Part shown: positions 18,349-28,300 of the stretch, one piece after another
Numbering within the stretch: position 1 is the first letter of the stretch
Layout: each line of letters starts with the position of its first letter
Notes under the pieces: model-generated
Told to the model about the DNA's origin: nothing
Seen by the model: the letters and a program-made list of their open reading frames with translations, nothing else
The model's database searches: none
Source of the DNA: an uncultured Prevotellaceae bacterium
Lineage (GTDB): Bacteria > Bacteroidota > Bacteroidia > Bacteroidales > Bacteroidaceae
DNA length: 64,000 nt
Direction of reading: 5' to 3'
Assembly: GCA_947305005.1 (NCBI GenBank)
Contig: CAMZCM010000016.1
Location: forward strand, 913-64,912
Position numbers and translations under genes: made by a program

Positions 18349-19071
18349 ATGAAAAAAAACCTTACTTTGGCACTCCTGATGCTGTCAGGATTGGCCGTAC
18401 ACGCACAAAATATACAACTTCACTACGACTTTGGTCGTAACATCTATTCTAGTGAGCAGGACAGTCGTGACCCTATCACTGTCACCTTTGAGAACTTTGC
18501 GATAGACTCAAGGGGCTCCTGGTTTTACTTTATTGATTTAGATATCAACAAGAAACTTTTCAAGGGCGTCTATACCGAAATCTCCCGTGAGTACTTCATT
18601 GGGAAGTCACCCTTTGCCGCTCACATTGAGTATAATGGCGGCATGAATCGAAACACCAGCTTCCAGCACGCCGCCCTTGTGGGGCCGGCATGGAATGGTC
18701 ATAGTGCAGACTACTCCAAGACCTATTCTGTACAGCTTTTGTACAAACACTTCTTTGCAGGTGAGAGTGGCACACATTCCTATTCCAGCGTCCAACTCAC
18801 TGGCGTGTGGAACTTGAACTTCTTCAACAAAGCGCTGACCTTCTCTGGCTACATTGATTTCTGGCGTGGCGAAGACGCTGACCGAAAGGGTAAGTTAGTC
18901 ATCCTCGCTGAGCCGCAGCTGTGGTTGAACTTAGCACCCTTCTTCAATGGCGAAAAACTCAGCATTGGTACAGAGTTGGAATTCAGTAACAACTTTATCT
19001 ATAACGAAGACCCCACGAGCTCCAAGACATGCTTCATCAATCCAACCTTGGCGTTGAAGTGGAACTTCTAA
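18349..19071 (+). CDS. outer-membrane beta-barrel protein, DUF5020/Tsx-like
   Basis: Signal peptide (ALLMLSGLAVHAQ), alternating beta-strand pattern rich in aromatic residues, and a terminal Phe (LALKWNF). Confidence 0.65.
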   Translation: MKKNLTLALLMLSGLAVHAQNIQLHYDFGRNIYSSEQDSRDPITVTFENFAIDSRGSWFYFIDLDINKKLFKGVYTEISREYFIGKSPFAAHIEYNGGMNRNTSFQHAALVGPAWNGHSADYSKTYSVQLLYKHFFAGESGTHSYSSVQLTGVWNLNFFNKALTFSGYIDFWRGEDADRKGKLVILAEPQLWLNLAPFFNGEKLSIGTELEFSNNFIYNEDPTSSKTCFINPTLALKWNF

Positions 19072-19131
19072 CATTACATCCTGTAGCTTCTTTAATATTC
19101 CCGTTTTCTTCTTGAAAACAATAAAACGATA

Positions 19132-19614
19132 ATGATGGAAATTACAGAACAAGACAAAGCCTGGATGCGCGAGGCGATCCGATTGGCAGACGAGAGTGTT
19201 AAGAACGGCGGCGGTCCCTTCGGGGCTGTGGTAGTGAAGGATGATGAGCTGGTGGCCGGTAGTGCCAACAGCGTGACCATCAATAACGACCCTACGGCTC
19301 ATGCTGAGGTGAACGCGATTCGTGCTGCCTGCCGTAAACTGAATACCTTTGACCTCACAGGCTGTGTCATCTACACCTCCTGTGAGCCTTGCCCGATGTG
19401 TCTGGGTGCCATCTATTGGGCACATATCGATCGTATCTATTACGGCAACACACGCAAGGATGCCCGTGACATTGCCTTCGCCGACGATTTTATCTACGAA
19501 GAATTGGAACGACCGCTGGCTAAGCGTACTGTCCCAATACTACCTTTATTACGTGACGAAGCTATCCACACCTTCCGCCTGTGGACCGAGAAGATAGATA
19601 AAACGGCTTATTGA
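19132..19614 (+). CDS. CDA-fold nucleoside/guanine deaminase
   Basis: Zinc-binding signature HAEVNAI ... CEPCPMC. Its length of about 160 aa is like GuaD/TadA-family enzymes. Confidence 0.85.
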   Translation: MMEITEQDKAWMREAIRLADESVKNGGGPFGAVVVKDDELVAGSANSVTINNDPTAHAEVNAIRAACRKLNTFDLTGCVIYTSCEPCPMCLGAIYWAHIDRIYYGNTRKDARDIAFADDFIYEELERPLAKRTVPILPLLRDEAIHTFRLWTEKIDKTAY

Positions 19615-19850
19615 TACGGATTTCGTCTCATCTCCTCCAACATCCTGCGCTGCTGATTGATAAGAGCCCAACCAATTGGAGTCTTTTCCACTACAGCCTC
19701 AGAATCGTTGTGTGTAAGTCTTCCAAACAATGCCTGTCGTAAATTGGCCACCATCGTTACATGCACAATGCAGGGCTTGCGCCATGATCCAGGCTGTAAC
19801 CACGTGAAAGTCTCATTCTTCAAGATGTCTGTGTCTTCGTTGCTGCGCAA
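19608..19850 (-). CDS. orphan 80-aa ORF, possibly a gene remnant or not coding
   Basis: The only support is an open frame. I see no recognisable motif, and a 65-aa ORF overlaps it on the opposite strand. Confidence 0.2.
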   Translation of the reverse strand: MRSNEDTDILKNETFTWLQPGSWRKPCIVHVTMVANLRQALFGRLTHNDSEAVVEKTPIGWALINQQRRMLEEMRRNPYQ

Positions 19851-19854
19851 ATGA

Positions 19855-19960
19855 TCCCCTAATTATCGATACAGTACCTCTTAGGGGAAACTCCAGTACT
19901 CTAGTAGAAGTACTCGAGTACTCCTTCGGAAGTACTGCAGTATTTTAGTAGGAGTACTGG
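19855..19960. repeat. array of AGTACT/AGTAnn hexamers with nested dyad symmetry
   Basis: AGTACT at 19895, 19909, 19917, 19931 and 19953. Variants at 19873, 19903, 19939 and 19947, mostly at 6-8 bp spacing. A tcccctaa/ttagggga 8-bp stem sits at 19855-19888. Confidence 0.75.
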
Positions 19961-20023
19961 CTCAATCATTCGTCTTAGGAAATCGCGGAATAGTTTGCAA
20001 GTAAAAATGTCCAGATAAAAATG

Positions 20024-20066
20024 AAAAACGTCCAGACGATTTGGGGAATTCGTCCGGACGTTTTTT
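20024..20066. terminator. bidirectional terminator downstream of the DUF1080 gene
   Basis: AAAAACGTCCAGACGA-tttggggaat-TCGTCCGGACGTTTTTT: a 12-bp stem (one G-U) flanked by A and T runs. Confidence 0.8.
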
Positions 20067-20107
20067 GAAGGTTTGTAAAGGATGATAGAAAGATATGCGC
20101 CTGGCGC

Positions 20108-22462
20108 TTACTTGCGTTTCTTAGAGGACTTGGCGCTCTTTTTGGCTGTCAGGTCAAGGACGCGAATGTTGCGGAGCTTCAGACCTTCGCCGTGGCCGCA
20201 GAAGCAGATGAGACCGTCCTTGTTGAACAGGCCCGGGTGGTTCCTGTGGTCAACGGTGTAGGGGTTGTCCTTGCTACCTTCGGGCGCCATGTTGTGACCC
20301 TGACAGGCTTCGCGGATGTTGCCATCGACAATGACTTCGCCGTTGAGGGTGACGGTGATGTGGTCGCCTTCAGCACGAATCTCCTCGTAGTTCCACGTGC
20401 CCAGCGGTTTGTGCTTATAACGCTTGGCAGGAATAATGCCATAGACAGAGCCGTGAACCTGGTATTCACGCAGGCCCTTGTAGATGGGGTCGTCGTGGTC
20501 GAGAATCTGAATCTCCATGCCTTCGTAGGCAGCATCAACACCCTCGCTGGTGCGGATGCCCACACCATTATTAATACCCGGACGCACGAAGCAGAACTCG
20601 AAGCGGAAAACAAAGTCGGAGTATTTCTTGGTCGTGTAGAGGTTGCCCTCAGAGCCATAGTGAGCGCTCACGTAGATGGCACCGTCAATGGGCACATAGG
20701 TGTTCTTGGCGCCTGTCCATTTATCGAGGTTGGTGCCGTCGAAGAGGAGCTCGTAACCTTCGGCCTTCTCCTCGTCGGTGAGGGTCGTAACCTTGGCTGT
20801 AACAGCATTGGGATCATCGACAATCTTTGGTAGGATGGTGTTGACCTGATCGACAGCATAGCCGGCATCAGCATCCTCGGTGTGGCTCTTGAAGACGTTC
20901 TGGGCTTTCAGGAGCATCGCACGGATGTGAGCTCCACGCTGGAACGGCTCGTTCTTCTCGATGAGGTCTGCTACGGCGTGAGCGGCGGCAAGGTCGTTGG
21001 CCTTGACATCCATATACTCGGCAGCGAGGTTCAGAGCGGGCTCGTTGTTCAGTGTGCCGAGGGCTGCGAGATAGCTGTTGACAGTTGCTGTTGCAGGCTT
21101 CATCTCCAATGCCTGTTTGTAGAGCTGGTACTTGGTCAAGGAGGCCCAACTGGTCGCTTTCGTGAGGGTGAGGGTGCGGCTAAGGAGGGCGTCGCGATTG
21201 GCGGCGTCGGTAGCTGCTAATTCCATCATCGGCTTCACTACGTCAGCACTCTTCACCTTCAGCAGGGCTGCTGTAGCTTCTTTCTTGTACTCGCCGTTCT
21301 TGGAAGCAGTGACAAGTGTGGTGATATCCTCGTTGTTGGCACGCTGGGCCATCAGATCATAGTAGAGGTCGGGATAGACGCTGAAGCGTTGGAGCAGGTC
21401 TGGGTACTGGTTTTCTTTCACGATCTGGGCTAGGCTCTTGGTGGCAGCATAGTGGAGGCCGTTACCTTTGCCGATGAGGGCTGTGAGGGGAGCGTAGGCG
21501 TCGTAGATACGACGTTCGCCAGCCAATTCAACAACGTACTTGCTGACGGTGTCTCCTTGTGAATTCAGGGCTGCGAGGATGCCGATGGAAATGTCGCCGT
21601 TGAAGGCTGTGAGGGCGGCCTTGGCGGCTGCACCTCGAGACTTCTTAAGCTGCACAACGAGCGCAACCAGCGCATTGGTGCCTCCAATCTTGCCTGCGGC
21701 TTCGATGGCTGCTGTGGCAACTTGGTCGTTGTTTGAGTAGAGAGCATCGATGACGGTATAGACATTGTTGCTGTCGTGGTTGTTGCCGAGCCAGCGTATG
21801 ACATCGGTCTGGGCATCTGTGGAGAGCTTGGGATAGGCATCGCAGACAGCGGAGGCGAAATCGGGTATTTCTGTGCCAAGGTCGAGGGCCGTGTTGCGTA
21901 GCTGGCGGTCGTTACTCTTCTTCACGGTCTTGAGGAGCAGAGCCGCCTGTTTCTTGGCCGGTGTGGCAGCAACTTTGTCGCGGAACTCAGCTATGGCACG
22001 CGAGTCGTCGGCTATGGTGGCGAGGTTCTCTGTTGCGTGGTTCACGACCTGCTTGTCAGGGTTTAACTTGGCCAGCTGATCCTGCAGGAATATCTTGTTG
22101 CCTGCATCGGTACAAGCGGCGATGGCTGCTTCGAGACCTTGCTTGACAGCAGCGGCCTGCGCCTCGTGACCTTTCTGACTCACGTAGTTGGTGAGACCGT
22201 CGATGGCATACTGGAAAGGAGCATTCTTGCCTTGGTCAGAGGGGTAGAGCATACCTGCCAGCATTTGAACGCCCTCGGCGCCAGTGCCTGCAATTTCGCT
22301 CATCACCTGTTCCAAGGCATCCAGATTCTGTGCCGGCAACTGTGCCAATCCATCAGCGATGATGGTGCTGGCTACGCGGTTACGGCTATCTTGTGCAGTG
22401 GCGGTGAAGCTCATTCCGAGGACAACCGCCAACAGTAATACAATATATCTAAGGTGTTTCAT
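20108..22462 (-). CDS. secreted HEAT-repeat protein with C-terminal DUF1080 (3-keto-disaccharide hydrolase-like) domain
   Basis: Signal peptide MKHLRYIVLLLAVVLGMSFTATAQ at the ATG at 22462. A long Ala/Leu-rich helical repeat region, then a DUF1080-like tail (GYELLFDGTNLDKWTGAKN ... GLICFCGHGEGLKLRNIRV). Confidence 0.82.
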   Translation of the reverse strand: MKHLRYIVLLLAVVLGMSFTATAQDSRNRVASTIIADGLAQLPAQNLDALEQVMSEIAGTGAEGVQMLAGMLYPSDQGKNAPFQYAIDGLTNYVSQKGHEAQAAAVKQGLEAAIAACTDAGNKIFLQDQLAKLNPDKQVVNHATENLATIADDSRAIAEFRDKVAATPAKKQAALLLKTVKKSNDRQLRNTALDLGTEIPDFASAVCDAYPKLSTDAQTDVIRWLGNNHDSNNVYTVIDALYSNNDQVATAAIEAAGKIGGTNALVALVVQLKKSRGAAAKAALTAFNGDISIGILAALNSQGDTVSKYVVELAGERRIYDAYAPLTALIGKGNGLHYAATKSLAQIVKENQYPDLLQRFSVYPDLYYDLMAQRANNEDITTLVTASKNGEYKKEATAALLKVKSADVVKPMMELAATDAANRDALLSRTLTLTKATSWASLTKYQLYKQALEMKPATATVNSYLAALGTLNNEPALNLAAEYMDVKANDLAAAHAVADLIEKNEPFQRGAHIRAMLLKAQNVFKSHTEDADAGYAVDQVNTILPKIVDDPNAVTAKVTTLTDEEKAEGYELLFDGTNLDKWTGAKNTYVPIDGAIYVSAHYGSEGNLYTTKKYSDFVFRFEFCFVRPGINNGVGIRTSEGVDAAYEGMEIQILDHDDPIYKGLREYQVHGSVYGIIPAKRYKHKPLGTWNYEEIRAEGDHITVTLNGEVIVDGNIREACQGHNMAPEGSKDNPYTVDHRNHPGLFNKDGLICFCGHGEGLKLRNIRVLDLTAKKSAKSSKKRK

Positions 22463-22487
22463 AATTCTGAATGAATAAGGCAAAAGA

Positions 22488-23768
22488 TTAGATTTTCCAT
22501 TCTCCACGCATTGGCTGGTCGATAAGGGCATTAGCTGCATCGTCGCCAATGAAACGTTGTGTCTTCGGGTCGAAGTTCAATTCGCGGCGGCCGAGTCTCA
22601 GGCCGATGGCACCGAGGTTCACAAGCGTACAGCTGTGATGACCGTTCTGCTCGTTGAGGGCGAACTTCTGACGTGTACGTACACACTCTAAGAAGTCGGT
22701 ACGTTGTGGTTCGGGATCAGGCAGCTCGTTGATCAGTTCCTGCACATTGGGAATGGTACATTCGAAACCTTTATAGACTTTGCCCTTGGGACCTTCAATG
22801 TAGGCAAGCTTGCCTTTGCTCTCATAGCCTTCGCCTTCGAGCACAATCTGGCAACCGTCGGCATAGGTGTAGGTAATCTTATGCCAGATACCTACCGCAT
22901 CATAGTGCTGCTGTGGAGCGTCAATCTCAATCTTTACGGGGAAGTCCTCGTCCTTACCTAACATATACTGCACGGGGTCGAGGTAGTGCTGGCCCATGTC
23001 TGTGAGGCCGCCACCGTCGTAGTCCCAGTAGCCACGGAAGGTCTGGTGAGTACGATGAACATTGTAGGGCTTGAAAGGAGCCGGGCCGAGCCACATGTCG
23101 TAGTTCAGCTCAGCGGGAACGGGCTGAGGAGTAAGGTTGTCCTTACCCACCCAGAAGAATTTCCATGTGAAACCGGTAGCGCCAGAGACGGTGACCTTCA
23201 ACGGCCAGCCCAGCTCACCACTTTGAATGAGTTTCTTCAGCGGTTTCACGGGAGTACCCAAGCCGTAGAAGGTATCTTTGAAGCGGAACCAGGTGTTCAG
23301 GCGGAGGATACGACCATAGCGTTTCACGGCAGCGGCCACAGCCTGTCCTTCACCGATGGTACGGGTCATTGGTTTCTCCAACCAGATATCCTTACCTGCC
23401 TTGGCTGCTTCAATAGCCATGAGGCCGTGCCAATGGGGCGGGGTAGCGATGTGGATGATGTCTGCGCCCGATTGTGCGATAAGGTCGCGGAAGTCGTCGA
23501 ATGCCTTCACGCTCTCGTTCAGCTGATTCTTGGCAGCATCTACGGCGTTGTTGAGGTGCTTCTTATCGACGTCACAGACGGCCAACAGGCGACAAGCTTC
23601 GCTGCTGGAGAAATGACTGGACGAACGACCGATGCCGCCCACACCGATAATGGCTTTTGTAAGTTGATCACTCGGAGCGATGTAGCCCTGTCCACCCAAT
23701 ACCTTTCTAGGGACAATGGTGAACAGACCTGCAGCTCCCAACGTTTTCATGAAATGTCTTCTGTCCAT
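22488..23768 (-). CDS. Tat-exported Gfo/Idh/MocA family oxidoreductase
   Basis: Twin-arginine signal MDRRHFMKTLGAAGL and Rossmann motif GVGGIGRS. The ATG at 23768 is preferred to the ORF-track start at 23843. Confidence 0.88.
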   Translation of the reverse strand: MDRRHFMKTLGAAGLFTIVPRKVLGGQGYIAPSDQLTKAIIGVGGIGRSSSHFSSSEACRLLAVCDVDKKHLNNAVDAAKNQLNESVKAFDDFRDLIAQSGADIIHIATPPHWHGLMAIEAAKAGKDIWLEKPMTRTIGEGQAVAAAVKRYGRILRLNTWFRFKDTFYGLGTPVKPLKKLIQSGELGWPLKVTVSGATGFTWKFFWVGKDNLTPQPVPAELNYDMWLGPAPFKPYNVHRTHQTFRGYWDYDGGGLTDMGQHYLDPVQYMLGKDEDFPVKIEIDAPQQHYDAVGIWHKITYTYADGCQIVLEGEGYESKGKLAYIEGPKGKVYKGFECTIPNVQELINELPDPEPQRTDFLECVRTRQKFALNEQNGHHSCTLVNLGAIGLRLGRRELNFDPKTQRFIGDDAANALIDQPMRGEWKI

Positions 23769-23805
23769 GGATCTGTAGTGTTTATTTAGGATGTCATCGT
23801 TATTA

Positions 23806-23961
23806 TTAGAGTTCTTCAGGTAATAATTCAACAACTTTCCCATCGCGTGTTACGATGAGGGTTGAACGGAAAAGCCGTGAGCGTTCAACGAGCCTTTCCT
23901 GGGCGAGCACGATGCCTTCATCTATGCGTCGCTGCATCTCAGTTATGTCTCGATCACTCAT
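23806..23961 (-). CDS. 51-aa protein translationally coupled to the zeta-like kinase (candidate partner/antitoxin)
   Basis: MSDRDITEMQRRIDEGIVLAQERLVERSRLFRSTLIVTRDGKVVELLPEEL. The ATG at 23961 overlaps the upstream stop (23954-23956) by 8 nt. No family was recognised. Confidence 0.5.
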   Translation of the reverse strand: MSDRDITEMQRRIDEGIVLAQERLVERSRLFRSTLIVTRDGKVVELLPEEL

Positions 23962-24562
23962 GGTCTTCTTTTTTAGCGTAAAGTGAGAATAAGCGCTGGT
24001 ACTTCTCTTCGTCAACGATATTGATGCGCTCGTCCTTCCATCCAAAGGCTATCTTTTCACCTGGAATGTTGGAATTGTCATAGAGCGTCCAATAGTTGAC
24101 GATGGGCGTGTAGAGCTGGAAGAAATTCTGCAATCCTGCGTCGTAACGACGAAGAATCACATCGGTAGGGATGTTGTGTCCTCCTAAACTAACACGCTTC
24201 GCTACACGGGCAATGGCTTGCTCGGGTGAGGAGAGTGAAAAGAACAGGAGGGTCACGAAATAGCCGCGTTTCTGGGCACGCTGAATGAGGTTCACATAAG
24301 AACGGGTAGCCAGAGTAGTCTCAAAAGCGAAGGTCTCTCCTTCCTTGAGAAGGTGGATGATACGGTCAATCATCAGACGACCAGCTTGGATAGCGACACC
24401 TTCGGGATTAAAAGGAGAAAGACCCTTGGCAATCTCATCAGCATTGACAAATTCGCGGCAATTGAGCATTTCGGGCAAGACGGTAAAAGAGGCTGTCGTC
24501 TTACCCGCACCATTGCAGCCCGCAATGATGTATAAATGTAGTCTGTCTTTGTTGTCAGCCAT
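23954..24562 (-). CDS. zeta-toxin-like P-loop kinase (COG4185-type ATPase)
   Basis: Walker A GCNGAGKTT, FVNADEIAKGL, FAFETTLA and GGHNIPTDVILRRY, which is the pattern of Zeta_toxin/COG4185 proteins. Confidence 0.82.
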   Translation of the reverse strand: MADNKDRLHLYIIAGCNGAGKTTASFTVLPEMLNCREFVNADEIAKGLSPFNPEGVAIQAGRLMIDRIIHLLKEGETFAFETTLATRSYVNLIQRAQKRGYFVTLLFFSLSSPEQAIARVAKRVSLGGHNIPTDVILRRYDAGLQNFFQLYTPIVNYWTLYDNSNIPGEKIAFGWKDERINIVDEEKYQRLFSLYAKKEDHE

Positions 24563-24588
24563 GGCGTTTATATAGGTTTGTTAGGGGC

Positions 24589-24596
24589 AAAGGTAA
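24589..24596 (-). promoter_or_regulatory. -7 box TACCTTTG for the zeta-like module
   Basis: Plus-strand CAAAGGTA, about 27 nt upstream of the ATG at 24562. Confidence 0.55.
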
Positions 24597-24673
24597 ATGA
24601 TTTTGACATGATAGATGTCGGTTGACAGATAAAAGTTGGTGGAAGTGTTGTGTTCTTGGCGTTTTTTAACATT

Positions 24674-25357
24674 TCACTTCTTCTTCTCCAACAGGTCTGG
24701 GCGTAAACGGCGTGTTCGTTCCATGCTTTGTTGCAGTTCCCATTCCTTGATCTTAGCTTCGTGACCGGAAAGAAGAATGTCAGGCACACACCAGCCTTTG
24801 TATTCGGCCGGACGGGTATAGACGGGAGCAGCAAGGAGGTTGTCCTGGAAGGAATCAGAGAGGGCGCTCTGTTCGTCGCCAATCACGCCGGGGACGATGC
24901 GCACGATTGCGTCGGCCATCACAGCTGCTGCCAGTTCACCGCCTGTCAGCACATAGTCACCGATGCTGACTTCCTTGGTGATGAGGTGTTCGCGGATACG
25001 GTAATCAATCCCTTTGTAATGTCCGCACAGGATGATGATGTTCTCACAAAGTGACAACTCATTGGCCATCGGCTGGTCAAACTGTTCGCCATCTGGCGTG
25101 GTGAAGATAATCTGGTCATAGTGACGTTCGGCGGTGAGGGCGCTGATGCAGCGGTCGATAGGTTCGCACTGCATGACCATTCCGGCAAAGCCGCCAAAGG
25201 GATAGTCGTCGATGCGACGGTCCTTGCGGACAGCATAGTCGCGCAGGTTGTGTAGATGGATTTCTACGAGTCCTTTCTTCTGGGCACGTCCCAGAATACT
25301 TTCCTGAAGGAAACCCTCAATCAGTTGAGGGATGACGGTGATGATATCTATACGCAT
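24674..25357 (-). CDS. trmD: tRNA (guanine37-N1)-methyltransferase TrmD
   Basis: Typical TrmD sequence ([39 protein letters not shown]). Confidence 0.95.
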   Translation of the reverse strand: MRIDIITVIPQLIEGFLQESILGRAQKKGLVEIHLHNLRDYAVRKDRRIDDYPFGGFAGMVMQCEPIDRCISALTAERHYDQIIFTTPDGEQFDQPMANELSLCENIIILCGHYKGIDYRIREHLITKEVSIGDYVLTGGELAAAVMADAIVRIVPGVIGDEQSALSDSFQDNLLAAPVYTRPAEYKGWCVPDILLSGHEAKIKEWELQQSMERTRRLRPDLLEKKK

Positions 25358-25359
25358 GG

Positions 25360-28300
25360 CTAAAATTGATTGGAAAGCATTTCGAGCATATCCTTGGCTG
25401 TGAGCTTATAGTTCTGGTCAGCTCCCTCAAGGATGCTATCAGAGAGGGAGCGCTTGCTCTCGTGCAGACGCAGGATTTTCTCTTCGATGGTGTGATGACT
25501 GATGAGATGATATACGGTAACCGCCTGTGTCTGTCCAATACGATAGGCACGATCGGTAGCCTGTTGTTCAATGGCGGGATTCCACCATGGGTCGAGGTGG
25601 ATAACATAGTTGGCAGCTGTCAGGTTCAAACCTACACCGCCTGCCTTGAGGCTGATGAGGAAAATTGGGCGCTTACCTTTTTGGAAGTCTGCAACGAGCT
25701 GTTCACGTTGTTTCATCGTTACGCTTCCGTCAAGGTAGAGATAGGGGAGATGATTCTCATTAAGAGCTCGAGCAACGATATTAAGGAAAGAGGTGAATTG
25801 GCTGAATACCAATACACTATTCCCGCTCTCAATGATGTTCTGCACCAGTTCCATAAAGGCATTGATCTTGGAGGAACCATGCATCCACGAAGAGTCTATC
25901 AGCTCTGCAGTACAAGCTGTCCTGCGCAGACGTGTGAGCTCCGCCAAGGCGTTGATAGAAAGCTGGTCGCCTTCTTCCTTGACCTTCTGCTCTGCCTCTC
26001 TGCGAATCACCTCATAGAATGCCATTTCCTCTTCGGTCAGTTCTACGTCGAGGGTGATTTCTGTCTTCTCCGGCAGCTCTTTGGCAACGGCTTGTTTGGT
26101 ACGTCGTAGCATGAAAGGAGCCACCAGTGACTGCAATTGTTGTTGGCGTTCGGTGTCCTGCATGTTCTCAATGGGAATGATGAACTTCTGGTTGAAGTGC
26201 TCATAGGTTCCCAAAAGACCTGGGTTAATGAACTGGAAAAGGTTCCAAAGTTCGCCGAGGTGGTTCTGAACAGGTGTACCAGTGAGAATCAGTCGGTGCT
26301 CAGCCTGCAGTTGCATACAAACGCCACTGCTTTTGGTGCCTCTGTTCTTGATGTTATGAGCCTCGTCTAAAACGGCGGTGTTCCACTGCTTACGAGTCAG
26401 ACTATCATGTTCCGGCATCAGCAGGCCATAAGTGGCAATGATGACATCGCCGGCTGCTGCCTCACTAATCAAGTGATGACGGTCATAATATTCACTAAGG
26501 ATATATACGTTCAGGGATGGAGCAAAGCGCTGCAGCTCATTGCGCCAGTTGGGGACCACGCTGGCAGGTGCCACCACAAGAGCGGCTCCTTCGTGGGCAT
26601 GGGCCAGCAGAAAAGCGATGGTCTGTATGGTCTTACCAAGACCCATGTCATCAGCCAAGCAAGCTCCGGCACCCCAAGCACCTAAACGCATCATCCATTG
26701 GAAACCATCCAACTGGTAAGGACGCAAGGTCGCTTGGAGTGTCGTGGGGACCTCTGGATTCATCTTCCCGGCCTGTTCGATGCGGTCCTTCAGTTGGAAG
26801 AACTCCTCTTGGTACTGAATGTTAATCTCACCATTGACGAGTTCTGCCAGTACGTTGGTTTGCAGGGTAGAGATGACAGGGTGATGGTTTTCTGTCGTAG
26901 AAAGGCTTTCCAAAGAATCCAGCTGTTTGCGCAGTTTCTCGGATAGCCACAAATAGTCGCCGTTTTGCAGCTGGACATAACCTCCATGACTATTGGCCAG
27001 TGCCTGCAATAGCTGCTGTGCTGTGAGCAGGGAGTTGTCATCGAGGCGCACCTCGCCTTCAATCTCGAACCACCGTCCGCGCGATGTCAATGAAAGATTC
27101 CAGTCGCCTTGTTTAGCCGACCGCATCCGCAGACGTTCACCTTCCGGCCATTCCACAGCGCTGATCTCAGGATTGCAGCTGACAAAGCCCAGTATTTCCA
27201 GAACCTGTTGTGTGGATAGATAAGCGTTGAGGTTTTCTGTCAGCTCGATGTCACGTGATTGGCAAAACTGCAGGAATGTGGACAGGTGTTGTGCCTCCGC
27301 TTCCATGTCACGTTCGATTCGCACACGTCCTGATGTGTCATTCTGGTCAATGATGACACGGTCTCCTTGTGCCGGCGTAAGAGCGATGCTACCGCCACTG
27401 AGGGGACGGACGAGAATGTAGGCATCAAAGAGTGTCTGAGCTGTCGGGTCAGGAGTCAGACGTACAAGAATCTGCGTCTGCGCATGCACTGTTTCCAACT
27501 CTTTCTCCTTCGGCATCAGGTCACTATGTATGTCGATGGTATTGGCGATGAGCGGCAACAACTTGGTCAGTTTCTCCTCCGCTTCGGCTGGGAAGCTGGT
27601 GACGGACAACAACTCTTGCAGGATCGTGCGCTCACGGTCAGACATCGGAAAATAGATATAGTGCATCGCCGTGTCACGATGATAGACATTCGTCTGAGAA
27701 AGCATGTCTTGGAAGGTTACATTAGACTGCAAGCGGAAACCGCCATCCTCTGTTCTACTGATAATAACATAAGGTTTCTGTTCCTCGATGGTGACACGAC
27801 GGAAAGGTGTCTGTTCTCCTGTATAGACACGGTCGGAGCCTACCAGATGAGGGAGGATGACACCAACGGTCAGACGTGTTGCGCCTAAAAAACGTACATC
27901 AGCCACAACTGCTTGGTCCGTACGATCCATGAAAGGCTCTGTGCCTCCAATAAAACGATTCCAAGGCAATTGCTTGCCGCTGCCCCAACGTCCGTCTTTG
28001 AGTCGGTTCTGTTCGCGCAGTTCTACGCTCTCGCCATCGCTCATGATGGTGTACATCACACGATGTTCGCCCTCATCCGCATTGTCCTTGCCCTGACTTT
28101 CTGTAGATATCAGTCGGTCAAGCATCAGTTCCCAGGGGTCTTTGGCTTTTGCGAGTGTAGAAACGGGTTTGCTGCCAAAAGCATTGTCCAGCTGTTTCTT
28201 CTCAAATTTGCCTAACTTGATATAGGCAGCTGCCTCGTGGCGCAGGAAAGATGATTGCGGCTGGAAGTTCTCTTCGGTCAGCTGCATCCCTGTCAGGTTG

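Noticed and set aside
19855-19960. Whether the AGTACT array or the 22-bp repeat (43829-43897) could be a CRISPR array.
   Set aside because: The repeat units are 6-22 bp with no unique spacers of CRISPR size. There are no cas genes, and one of the repeats lies inside a coding sequence.
24568-24882. 104-aa minus-strand ORF spanning the trmD 3' end and the spacer.
   Set aside because: It overlaps trmD in another frame and contains the promoter box of the zeta-like module. No coding signal is seen.
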